Source: Bacilli bacterium (GTDB taxonomy: Bacteria > Bacillota_I > Bacilli_A > RF39 > UBA660). Taken from it: 45,726 bases of DNA. The notes beneath the pieces were generated by a model. The model worked only from the letters and a program-made list of their open reading frames with translations, made no database searches and was not told where the DNA came from. Numbering within the stretch: the stretch's first letter is position 1; each line of letters begins with the position of its first letter. Below, one piece after another: positions 1-8,283 of this stretch. The position numbers and the translations under genes are program-made. Location of the stretch: assembly GCA_028693965.1 (NCBI GenBank), contig JAQUUG010000001.1:1-45726 (forward strand). The letters run 5' to 3'.

Positions 1-839
1 TTATTGAAACAGGAATTGATATTCCTAATGTCAATACTTTAATTATTTTGGATGCTGATCATTTTGGGTTATCACAGCTATATCAAATAAGAGGAAGAGT
101 TGGTAGAAGTAATAAAATAGCTTATTGCTATTTAATGTATAATAAAAGAAAAATATTATCAGAAATTGCAACAAAGAGACTCAAAGTAATAAAAGATTTT
201 ACTAAATTAGGTAGCGGTTTTGCTATTGCTATGCGTGATTTATCATTGCGAGGGGCTGGTGATATTTTAGGCAAAGAGCAGGCTGGGTTTATAGATAGTG
301 TTGGGATAGAACTTTTTTTAAGTATGCTTAATAGTGAAATAGATATAAGAAAAGGGGAAAAAGTTATTAATAATATTGCAGAAACACCATTAATTGAAGT
401 TTCTACTAATATAGAAGATAGTTATGTTAGTGATGAAGAAATTAAAATTGATATTCATAATAAAATAAATTTAATTAATAATAAAGATGATTTATTAACA
501 GTAAAAGAAGAACTTGAAAATCGTTTTGGTAAATTAAGTGAAGCAATTATAATTTATATGTATGAAGAACTGTTTGAAAGTGAAGCAAAAAAAATAGGTA
601 TAAATAAGATTAAACAAGGTAAAAATTCAATAGAAATAACTTTAAATAAATCAATTTTACAAAAAATAAAAGTACAAGAATTATTTGTAAGTGTTAATAA
701 TATTTCAAGAATGTTTAGATTTGCTATGAAAAATAATGATTTAATTATCACTTTAGATATTATAAAATTAGATAAGCATTTTATTTATTATTTAGTAGAT
801 TTTATTGAAACACTTAAAAAAGCTTATGTTTTAATATAA
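1..839 (+). CDS. mfd: transcription-repair coupling factor Mfd, C-terminal part (5' end outside window)
   Basis: Frame 3 is open from base 3. IETGIDIPNVNTLIILDADHFGLSQLYQIRGRVGRS matches the SF2 helicase motif V/VI region of Mfd, followed by the Mfd C-terminal domain. It lies upstream of spoVT as in Bacillus. Confidence 0.9.
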   Translation, partial: IETGIDIPNVNTLIILDADHFGLSQLYQIRGRVGRSNKIAYCYLMYNKRKILSEIATKRLKVIKDFTKLGSGFAIAMRDLSLRGAGDILGKEQAGFIDSVGIELFLSMLNSEIDIRKGEKVINNIAETPLIEVSTNIEDSYVSDEEIKIDIHNKINLINNKDDLLTVKEELENRFGKLSEAIIIYMYEELFESEAKKIGINKIKQGKNSIEITLNKSILQKIKVQELFVSVNNISRMFRFAMKNNDLIITLDIIKLDKHFIYYLVDFIETLKKAYVLI

Positions 840-860
840 ATTAAACAAACAAGATAGGAA

Positions 861-890
861 ATAGTGCTTGACATAAAGCGCTATTTTTTT
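861..890 (+). terminator. probable intrinsic terminator of mfd
   Basis: Stem atagtgctt (861-869) pairs with aagcgctat (876-884): 9 bp including one G-U. Loop is gacata, followed by a T-run at 885-890. Confidence 0.5.
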
Positions 891-897
891 GTATAAT
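868..897 (+). promoter_or_regulatory. sigma-A-type promoter for the pilin-like gene
   Basis: TTGACA at 868-873, 18-nt spacer, TATAAT at 892-897. An AGGAGG-like RBS (taggaggga) precedes the ATG at 929. Confidence 0.6.
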
Positions 898-928
898 CAG
901 ACTAGATAAATAGGAGGGAAGTATTTGT

Positions 929-2641
929 ATGAAAAATGGTTTTACATTAATTGAACTATTAGCAGTTATTGTTATTTTAGCTATTATCGCTTTAATTGCC
1001 ACACCATTAATTATGAATATTATAAATGAAGCACAAATAGGAGCTTTTGAGGATAGTAGTTATGCAATAATAAATGCAGCTGAGCAAGGATATGCTGCTA
1101 GTTTGATAAGTGATACAACTTCAGAATTAACCGAATATAGTTACACTGATGGGGAAAGAACTATAGTAGCAGGTAATGTGGAAATAAATTATAAAGGAAG
1201 TAATCCAAGTAATGGTAGAATGTTAATAAATGAAGATGGGAATGTCGCCATAGCTTTTTATAGTAAAGGTTACTGCACAACTAAAAGTTATGCGGCAAGT
1301 AAAGTAACAACTACCAAAATGGATGAAGAAAACTGCACTATGCCAGGTTACGCTGAAACCGTTTTAAATGGAACTGATCCAGAACTTAGTGAAGGCATGA
1401 TAGCTGTTATTATCGAAAGTGATGGGACAGTTAAAAAAGCTGACACTGAAAATAAGTGGTATGATTATGAAGATAAAGAGTGGGCAAATGCCATCTTAGT
1501 AAATGAGACAAATAGAAGTACCTATGAAAGTGCAGAAGCAGGAACAATAATTGCAAAAGATGATATTCTAAGTTACTATGTCTGGATACCAAGATATAAA
1601 TATAAAATATGGAATGATGGAAGTAATTATACAATAAATTATTCTGGTGAACCAGAAAGTAGTGAACAAACAATTGAAATAGTCTTTGAAAGCAACAATA
1701 CGGCTAAGTCAGAAGGCAATGAGACAAGTCAGTGGTTAACTCATCCAGCCTTTACTTTTGGAACTCAAGAACTAAATGGTATTTGGGTTGGTAAGTTTGA
1801 AACAACGGGAACAACTGAGAAAGTAACAATATTACCTAACGCCACATCTCTTAGAAATTTAAATGTCAGTACCATGTTTACTTTAAGCAGAAATATAGAG
1901 ACAGCTGGAAACATATACGGATTAGTATCAAGCAAAGTAGATACCCATATGATGAAGAACATGGAATGGGGAGCAGTAGCTTACTTATCTCATAGCAAAT
2001 ACGGAATAAATGTGGAAATTAGATATAATAATAGCAATACATATACAACGGGATGCGCTGCATCAAGTAAACCCACGACAGGATATCAAACAACAGGATA
2101 TAGTGGTTGTGAAAACGCATATAACACAGAAACGGGAATACTTGCTTCTACTACTGGAAATATTACCGGCATATATGATATGGCAGGTGGAACTACAGAA
2201 TACGTTATGGCACTAATGGAAGATTCAACAAATACAGAAACACCATTATCGGGACGAAATAGTTCTTATAATTCAGGCTTTATCGGATTATATGGAGATG
2301 GTAGTGGTAGTTTAACAACAGGAATAAATTTTCCTGAAAGCAAATATTATGATTTATATGAATATGGAACATCAGGATTACAATATCAGAGAGGAAAACT
2401 AGGTGATGCTACTAAGGAACTTACTAATTTCGGTAAAAGTACCATTTCAACTGATGGTAGTACTAGATATGTGAGCAGTTGGTATCACAATTTGGGACAT
2501 TTTACCTCAACATTATATCCCTGGTTTATACGTGGTGGAAGTTATACTTACGGTGCTGATGCCGGCGTTTTTACATTTGTTAATAGTTATGGAAGTACAA
2601 GTAGCGCTATTTCCTTTCGTCAAGTCTTAACTATAGAATAA
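929..2641 (+). CDS. prepilin-type N-terminal cleavage/methylation domain protein with an FGE/SUMF1-like (sulfatase-modifying-factor fold) C-terminal region
   Basis: The N-terminus MKNG|FTLIELLAVIVILAIIALIA is a class III (type IV pilin) signal with Glu at +5. The C-terminal part carries ordered motifs resembling the FGE-sulfatase family: VWIPRYKYKIW, THPAFTF, MKNMEWGAVAYLSHSKYG, GIYDMAGGTTEYV, IRGGSY...SFRQV. Strong RBS present. Confidence 0.75.
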   Translation: MKNGFTLIELLAVIVILAIIALIATPLIMNIINEAQIGAFEDSSYAIINAAEQGYAASLISDTTSELTEYSYTDGERTIVAGNVEINYKGSNPSNGRMLINEDGNVAIAFYSKGYCTTKSYAASKVTTTKMDEENCTMPGYAETVLNGTDPELSEGMIAVIIESDGTVKKADTENKWYDYEDKEWANAILVNETNRSTYESAEAGTIIAKDDILSYYVWIPRYKYKIWNDGSNYTINYSGEPESSEQTIEIVFESNNTAKSEGNETSQWLTHPAFTFGTQELNGIWVGKFETTGTTEKVTILPNATSLRNLNVSTMFTLSRNIETAGNIYGLVSSKVDTHMMKNMEWGAVAYLSHSKYGINVEIRYNNSNTYTTGCAASSKPTTGYQTTGYSGCENAYNTETGILASTTGNITGIYDMAGGTTEYVMALMEDSTNTETPLSGRNSSYNSGFIGLYGDGSGSLTTGINFPESKYYDLYEYGTSGLQYQRGKLGDATKELTNFGKSTISTDGSTRYVSSWYHNLGHFTSTLYPWFIRGGSYTYGADAGVFTFVNSYGSTSSAISFRQVLTIE

Positions 2642-2643
2642 TT

Positions 2644-2678
2644 AAAAAGATAGCGTTTAAAATACACTATCTTTTTTC
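2644..2678. terminator. bidirectional terminator between the convergent pilin-like gene and ppaC
   Basis: Stem aaagatag (2646-2653) pairs with ctatcttt (2667-2674). T-run on + at 2672-2676 and an A-run upstream (T-run on the minus strand). The right arm overlaps the ppaC stop. Confidence 0.5.
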
Positions 2679-4289
2679 CATTGCTCTCATAATAGCAGGA
2701 ATAAATTGTTTTTTTCTAGAAACTAATCCTTTTAAGTAATAACCTTGATATATATTTGAAACATCAAATCCATTATCTAATATATCTTTACTATTATCAT
2801 TAAATAAAATATATGAACCCCCATCTAAAATATCAGTAATAAAGAAAGTAAAAACATAATAATCGTTTTGCTTAGCAATATCATTAATCAATTTAACGTA
2901 ATCGTTTTTTTCATCTAATATTTCATTAATATTCATTGAATTAATTTGACCAACACCAACTTTTTTATTATCAATGGTAAAGTTTTTAAAATCACCATAC
3001 ATTATTTGTTCTTTAGTTTTTCCTTTTAAAGAAGATCCAGCTTTAAACATTTCTTTACCATAATCAATGTAATCAATATTTAAAATATTAATTAAATCAT
3101 CGACAACAGCTTTATCAATATTTGTAGTAGTAGGAGAAGTTAGAAGCAAAGTATCGGAAATAATTCCTGAAAGCATTAATCCAGCTGTTTCATAAGGAAT
3201 ATCAATATTATTTTCTCTATATATATTATAAATGATAGTATTGGTACTACCTACTGGCATATTTCTAAAACTAATTGGTAGTGAAGTAGAAATAGACCCA
3301 ATTTTATGATGGTCAACAATTTCAACAATTTCTGCTTCATCTAATCCATCAACACTTTGTTCATACTCGTTATGATCAACTAAAATAACTTTTTTTCTTT
3401 TTTTATTAACAATATCAGAAACTCTTAAGATACCTAAGCATTCTTCTTTTTTATTTATGATTGGATAACTACTATATTTATATTTATTAGAAATACTAAT
3501 AAAATCATTAATATCTTCATTTTCATTAAAACAAATAATATCATTTTTAATGGCAATACTAAATATATAATTACATAAATTAATTATTTTAGAAACCTTA
3601 AAAGTGTCATATGAAGTTTTTATAATATTAACATGATTATTCTTGGCTAATTGTAAATGATCATCTTTAATATCACGCCCGCCAGTAATTATAATTAATT
3701 TTGCTCCCTCACTAGCAGCGTATTCAATAATACTATGACGATCACCAACAATTAAAATAGTATCTTTAGTAATTTTTATATTTTCAATAAAAGTAGTACT
3801 TTTAAAGGATGCTACAATCATATGTCCTTTTATTTCATCATCATATTTTAAAATTTGATTACCGTTTAAAGTGTCAATAATATTTTGGTAAGAGGTGTCA
3901 AGATTATACATGTTTCCAGAAACTTGGTCTTTAGCTATATCTTTCATTGAAACCATGCCAACAAATTTTTTGTTATCATCAACAATTGGCAATGTACTAA
4001 TAATATTTTTATTCATATATAGATAACCATTATAAATTGATTCCTTTTTGTTAATAAAATAATCTTTTTGAAAATTAATATCTTTTATTTGCAATTTGAC
4101 ATCATTTAAATAATGTGGCACTTTTACTTTAAAATAATCCAAAACAAATTTTGTTTCATTATTGATTTCTCCAAGAACAACAGGAACAGTATTATATCCT
4201 AATTTATTTTTTAAGTAAGATAAATTAATTGCAGAAGTAACACTATCAGTATCTGGTTTCTTATGACCAAAAATAAAAGTTTTATCCAT
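2667..4289 (-). CDS. ppaC: CBS-domain-containing family II (DHH) inorganic pyrophosphatase
   Basis: N-terminal FGHKKPDTDS, then LVDHNE and VDHHKIG DHH/DHHA2 core motifs. An approximately 250-aa insert holds CBS-like segments, and the 540-aa length is typical of CBS-PPases. Confidence 0.85.
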   Translation of the reverse strand: MDKTFIFGHKKPDTDSVTSAINLSYLKNKLGYNTVPVVLGEINNETKFVLDYFKVKVPHYLNDVKLQIKDINFQKDYFINKKESIYNGYLYMNKNIISTLPIVDDNKKFVGMVSMKDIAKDQVSGNMYNLDTSYQNIIDTLNGNQILKYDDEIKGHMIVASFKSTTFIENIKITKDTILIVGDRHSIIEYAASEGAKLIIITGGRDIKDDHLQLAKNNHVNIIKTSYDTFKVSKIINLCNYIFSIAIKNDIICFNENEDINDFISISNKYKYSSYPIINKKEECLGILRVSDIVNKKRKKVILVDHNEYEQSVDGLDEAEIVEIVDHHKIGSISTSLPISFRNMPVGSTNTIIYNIYRENNIDIPYETAGLMLSGIISDTLLLTSPTTTNIDKAVVDDLINILNIDYIDYGKEMFKAGSSLKGKTKEQIMYGDFKNFTIDNKKVGVGQINSMNINEILDEKNDYVKLINDIAKQNDYYVFTFFITDILDGGSYILFNDNSKDILDNGFDVSNIYQGYYLKGLVSRKKQFIPAIMRAMEKR

Positions 4290-4432
4290 AAAGTATCCCT
4301 CTTTCTAATGTTTTAACATTATATCATGTATTAAAAAATAAGTAAATTATTAATTTTAATAATAAAAATCTACAATAGACCGTATAAAATGAGTATAAAT
4401 CTACAAAATATTTATTAGAAAGTGAGGTTTTT

Positions 4433-4963
4433 ATGAAAGCAACTGGCGTTGTACGAAGAATAGATGAACTTGGTCGAATAGTGATACCTAAAGAAATAAG
4501 AAAAATTCTTAGAATAAAAAATAATGATAATATGGATATATATATTGATGAAAATAATAATATTATTTTAAAAAAATTTTCAATTATAAATAATATTGCT
4601 GATTTTGCGCAACTTTTAGCTGATACGCTATACAGCTTTTTAAAAGCAAATATTATAATTACTGACAATAGTAATATAATTGCTTATGCAGGTGAAAATA
4701 AAAAAGATTATTTAAGTAAAGAAATAAGTCCTTTTATAGAAAAAGCTATTAATAGAAGAGATAACATTTTAGAAAAATATCAAAAAGAATATCAAATAGT
4801 TATAGATAAAAAAGAGTGTGGCACTTACATATTAATGCCTATTATCGCAAGTGGTGATGTTGTGGGAATGATAATAACAACATCTAAAGAAGCATTAACA
4901 GAACTTGATGAAAAAATTATTAAGATAGGTGCGCAATTTTTAGGTAAATATCTTGAAGACTAA
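4433..4963 (+). CDS. spoVT: AbrB-family sporulation regulator SpoVT
   Basis: MKATGVVRRIDELGRIVIPKEIRK is the SpoVT/AbrB swapped-hairpin N-domain. A C-terminal GAF-like domain follows (176 aa total). Position downstream of mfd matches Bacillus. Confidence 0.88.
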   Translation: MKATGVVRRIDELGRIVIPKEIRKILRIKNNDNMDIYIDENNNIILKKFSIINNIADFAQLLADTLYSFLKANIIITDNSNIIAYAGENKKDYLSKEISPFIEKAINRRDNILEKYQKEYQIVIDKKECGTYILMPIIASGDVVGMIITTSKEALTELDEKIIKIGAQFLGKYLED

Positions 4964-4981
4964 TAATAAATATGTTATAAT
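4953..4981 (+). promoter_or_regulatory. candidate promoter overlapping the spoVT 3' end
   Basis: TTGAAG at 4953-4958, 17-nt spacer, extended -10 TGtTATAAT at 4973-4981. Confidence 0.4.
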
Positions 4982-5029
4982 CAATATGTATTGTTGTTTT
5001 GTGTGATAACGACACATATTGATATAAAT

Positions 5030-5066
5030 AATCACATCTTAGTACATGATGTGATTTTATTATTTT
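5030..5066 (+). terminator. terminator-like hairpin between spoVT and dut
   Basis: Stem aatcacatc (5030-5038) pairs with gatgtgatt (5048-5056), 9 bp, followed by ttattatttt. It ends 10 nt before the dut ATG. Confidence 0.55.
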
Positions 5067-5076
5067 AAGGAGCAAA

Positions 5077-5550
5077 ATGAAAAGGTATTTTGAAAAGATA
5101 AGTTACAATCAATTTAAAACAGATATTAGTAGTGATAATAAATTATATGATGAATATAGTTTACCAAAAAGAGGAACTAAAAATAGTGCAGGCTATGATT
5201 TTTGGGTTTTAGAATCTTTCACAATAAAACCTGGTGAAATAAAAAAAATTCCAACGGGAATAAAGGCTAATATGCAGTTAGGTGAAGTACTGACTTTGTA
5301 TGTTAGAAGTAGTGTAGGTTTTAAATATAATATACGAATGACTAATCAAGTAGGAATTATAGATGGCGATTATTTTAATAATAAGAATAATGAAGGACAT
5401 ATTTGGTTTTCTATTCAAAATGAGGGAAAAAATGTAGTTTCTTTTACTAAAGGAGATAGATTAATACAGGGAATTTTTATAAATTATTTAACTTGTGATA
5501 ATGATACTAATAATATTATTCGTTTAAGTGGAATAGGAAGTACTAATTAA
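5077..5550 (+). CDS. dut: dUTP diphosphatase (trimeric dUTPase family)
   Basis: Motifs SAGYDF, GIIDGDY and C-terminal RLSGIGSTN (motif V). RBS aaggag upstream. Confidence 0.85.
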   Translation: MKRYFEKISYNQFKTDISSDNKLYDEYSLPKRGTKNSAGYDFWVLESFTIKPGEIKKIPTGIKANMQLGEVLTLYVRSSVGFKYNIRMTNQVGIIDGDYFNNKNNEGHIWFSIQNEGKNVVSFTKGDRLIQGIFINYLTCDNDTNNIIRLSGIGSTN

Positions 5551-5563
5551 GGAGATGAAAAAA

Positions 5564-7129
5564 ATGAAAGAAAAATATTATATTTCAACGGCTATTGCTT
5601 ATGCTTCAAGTAAACCTCATATTGGTAATACTTATGAAATAGTATTGGCAGACGCTATTGCTCGTTATAAAAGACTAACTGGTTATGAAGTTTATTTTCA
5701 AACAGGGACTGATGAACATGGCCAAAAGATTGAAGGTAAGGCCCTAGAAAAAGGAATGAATCCTCAGGAATATGTTGATGAAGTCGCACTTGAAATAAGA
5801 AGAATTTGGGATATTATGAATACAAGTTATGATCGTTTTGTTAGAACAACAAACGTTCATCATAAGGAAACGGTAAGCAAAATATTTGAAAAATTATATA
5901 AACAAGGTGACATATATAAAGGATATTATGAAGGTTTATATTGTACTCCTTGTGAATCATTTTGGACAGAATCACAATTAGTCGATGGTAAATGTCCTGA
6001 TTGTGGACGTGATGTACATGCAGAAAAAGAAGAAGCTTATTTTTTCAAACTTAGTAAGTATGAAAAGTGGTTAATAGAATACATCAATGATAATCCAACT
6101 TTTATTGAGCCTGAAAGTCGTAAAAATGAAATAATGAATAACTTTTTAAAGACTGGCTTACAAGATCTTTGTGTATCTAGAACATCATTTAAGTGGGGCG
6201 TGCCTGTTAATTTTGATGAAAAACATATCGTTTATGTCTGGATAGATGCCCTTAGTAATTATATAACTTTCTTAGGATATAATCCGGAAGGTGATAGCTC
6301 AGAAGAATTTTTAAATTTTTGGCCAGCGGATGTTCATTTAATAGGAAAAGATATTTTAAGATTTCATGCTATATATTGGCCAATTATGCTTAAAGCCTTG
6401 GATTTGCCTTTACCTAAAAAAATATTTGGGCATCCTTGGTTATTGCTGGGTCAAGATAAGATGAGCAAATCTAAAGGTAATATTGTTTATGCTGATGATT
6501 TAGTAAAATTATTTGGAGTTGATGCTGTTCGTTACTACTTATTACATGAAATACCTTTTGCTAGTGATGGCATTTTTACACATGAACTTTTAATAGAACG
6601 TATTAATTCTGATTTAGCTAATAATTTAGGTAATTTAGTTAATAGAACTATTAGTATGGTTAATAAGTATTTTGATGGCTTTGTTTTGGAACCCACTGAT
6701 AAAGAAAGTATTGATGATGAATTAATTAATTTGGTTTTAGCTTCTAAAGAAAAAGTAGAAATTAAAATGAATGAATTAAGGGTGGCTGATGCTTTAGATG
6801 AAATATTTGCTATTTTTAATAGAGCTAATAAGTATATTGATGAAACTATGCCTTGGACTTTAGCAAAAGATCCTTTAAAAAAAGAGCGCCTTGCTACTGT
6901 TTTATATAACTTGCTAGAAGCAATCAGACAAGGCAGCGTTTTATTACAAGCTTTTTTACCAGATACTGCTACTAAAATATTTGAACAATTAAATACGCAA
7001 AATAGAACTTATGAATCACTTAAGACCTTTAATGGTTTAGATTATGATATTAAAATTAATGAACCTACTCCTTTATTTATGCGATTAGATAAAGATGAAA
7101 TGTTAAGCAAAATTAATTTTCAACAGTAA
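5564..7129 (+). CDS. metG: methionine--tRNA ligase (short form, no C-terminal tRNA-binding domain)
   Basis: HIGN (HIGH) and KMSKS motifs, plus a CPDCG zinc knuckle. The ATG at 5564 has aaggag 9 nt upstream. The track start at 5555 directly abuts the RBS, so it is less likely. Confidence 0.93.
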   Translation: MKEKYYISTAIAYASSKPHIGNTYEIVLADAIARYKRLTGYEVYFQTGTDEHGQKIEGKALEKGMNPQEYVDEVALEIRRIWDIMNTSYDRFVRTTNVHHKETVSKIFEKLYKQGDIYKGYYEGLYCTPCESFWTESQLVDGKCPDCGRDVHAEKEEAYFFKLSKYEKWLIEYINDNPTFIEPESRKNEIMNNFLKTGLQDLCVSRTSFKWGVPVNFDEKHIVYVWIDALSNYITFLGYNPEGDSSEEFLNFWPADVHLIGKDILRFHAIYWPIMLKALDLPLPKKIFGHPWLLLGQDKMSKSKGNIVYADDLVKLFGVDAVRYYLLHEIPFASDGIFTHELLIERINSDLANNLGNLVNRTISMVNKYFDGFVLEPTDKESIDDELINLVLASKEKVEIKMNELRVADALDEIFAIFNRANKYIDETMPWTLAKDPLKKERLATVLYNLLEAIRQGSVLLQAFLPDTATKIFEQLNTQNRTYESLKTFNGLDYDIKINEPTPLFMRLDKDEMLSKINFQQ

Positions 7130-7130
7130 T

Positions 7131-7160
7131 TTGACAAAAAACTATCAAAATGTGTAAAAT
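7131..7160 (+). promoter_or_regulatory. sigma-A-type promoter for the small ORF
   Basis: TTGACA at 7131-7136, 18-nt spacer, TAAAAT at 7155-7160. The -10 lies in a perfect tandem 10-mer, tgtaaaatgt x2 (7153-7172). Confidence 0.5.
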
Positions 7161-7249
7161 GTTGTAAAATGTCATATCTTTTTTTCAAAAAACGTTTGTA
7201 ATTGCTAATAGTTAATGATATATTTATTATGTAATAAAGAAGGAGAGAT

Positions 7250-7420
7250 ATGGCTACTGGACAAAAACAAAATTTCCGAATTGTGATTTTATGTTTTTCC
7301 GCCGTTAGTTTGTTATTATTACGAAGTGTGATATTGGATTTTAATAAAGAGGATTTAATATATTTATTAATAGTTATTATTTTCTTTGTTAAATACCTTT
7401 ATATTAAAATAAGGGGATAG
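7250..7420 (+). CDS. small hydrophobic protein, 56 aa (absent from the ORF track)
   Basis: Hand translation: MATGQKQNFRIVILCFSAVSLLLLRSVILDFNKEDLIYLLIVIIFFVKYLYIKIRG. RBS gaaggagag lies just upstream. There are two hydrophobic segments. It has its own promoter and a downstream hairpin. Confidence 0.4.
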   Translation: MATGQKQNFRIVILCFSAVSLLLLRSVILDFNKEDLIYLLIVIIFFVKYLYIKIRG

Positions 7421-7448
7421 AAAATTATATCATTAGTGATATAATTTT
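7421..7448. terminator. perfect 12-bp palindromic hairpin (terminator-like; also carries -10 boxes on both strands)
   Basis: aaaattatatca (7421-7432), loop ttag, tgatataatttt (7437-7448). The stem is AU-rich. Both strands read TGaTATAAT. Confidence 0.4.
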
Positions 7449-7483
7449 TATATACAAAAAAATAGATTAAAGGAAGTGAAAAA

Positions 7484-8236
7484 ATGTTTATAGACACACA
7501 CTGCCATTTGTTTAATGAATATTATATTAATATAGATGAAGTTATTAAAGATTTAGGAAATAATATAGCTATTGTAAGTGCAACTAATTTAAATAATGCA
7601 AAAGAGGTAATATATTTAATAAATAAGTATCCTAATATTTATGGTACTGTCGGTATTCATCCTGAAGAAATAGATAATGCAGTATCAGAAGATTTAGAAA
7701 AATTGGAAGTTTATTTGAAACATCCTAAAGTGGTAGGAATTGGTGAAATAGGTTTGGATTATCATTATACAGTTAGTAATAAAGAAAGACAAAAAGATTT
7801 TTTTATTAAACAATTACAGTTAGCAGAAAAACATGATAAAATGGTTGTTATTCATAGTCGCGATGCTTTAGATGATACCTATGATATTTTGAAAAATCAT
7901 TCTAGTTTAAAAATAAATATGCATGCTTTTAGTGGTAATTTAGAAGAAGCTTTGAATTATATAAATTTAGGTTGTAAATTAGGAGTCGGGGGAATCATAA
8001 CTTTTAAAAATAATGATAAACTATTAAAAATAATAAAAAATGTTGATTTGCATAATATAATACTAGAAACAGATAGTCCTTTTTTAACACCTGTTCCTTT
8101 TAGAGGACATCAAAACAAACCTGATAATGTTATTTATATTGCTGAAAAAATAGCACAAATAAGAAACATAAGTAAAGAAGAGGTAATCTTCATAACAACT
8201 AAAGCAGCTCTAAAGCAATTTGACTTAAAATTATAA
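7484..8236 (+). CDS. tatD: TatD-family metal-dependent hydrolase (YabD-like)
   Basis: FIDTHCHL HxH motif and GEIGLDYH. Synteny after metG matches B. subtilis metS-yabD. Confidence 0.9.
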   Translation: MFIDTHCHLFNEYYINIDEVIKDLGNNIAIVSATNLNNAKEVIYLINKYPNIYGTVGIHPEEIDNAVSEDLEKLEVYLKHPKVVGIGEIGLDYHYTVSNKERQKDFFIKQLQLAEKHDKMVVIHSRDALDDTYDILKNHSSLKINMHAFSGNLEEALNYINLGCKLGVGGIITFKNNDKLLKIIKNVDLHNIILETDSPFLTPVPFRGHQNKPDNVIYIAEKIAQIRNISKEEVIFITTKAALKQFDLKL

Positions 8237-8283
8237 ATATGGTAAAATTTACTTGTTAAAAAATTATTTTGAGGTGAATTTTA

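Noticed and set aside
2649-2665. Resemblance of the 3' flank of the intact pilin/FGE-like gene (gatagcgtttaaaatac) to segment A of the repeat (gatagcgtca...ttttaaaatat).
   Set aside because: It is only two short AT-rich words separated by an indel. It cannot be distinguished from chance by eye.
4324-4668. A 114-aa minus-strand ORF overlapping the spoVT start and the ppaC/spoVT divergent promoter region.
   Set aside because: It is low-complexity and Ile/Phe/Leu-rich, as expected from the antisense of AT-rich DNA. It has no RBS and overlaps a confidently called gene.
4964-5076. Possible T-box riboswitch upstream of dut-metG.
   Set aside because: The leader is only about 100 nt. I see no specifier-loop architecture and no conserved T-box sequence (AAnnnGGGTGGnACCGCG-like).
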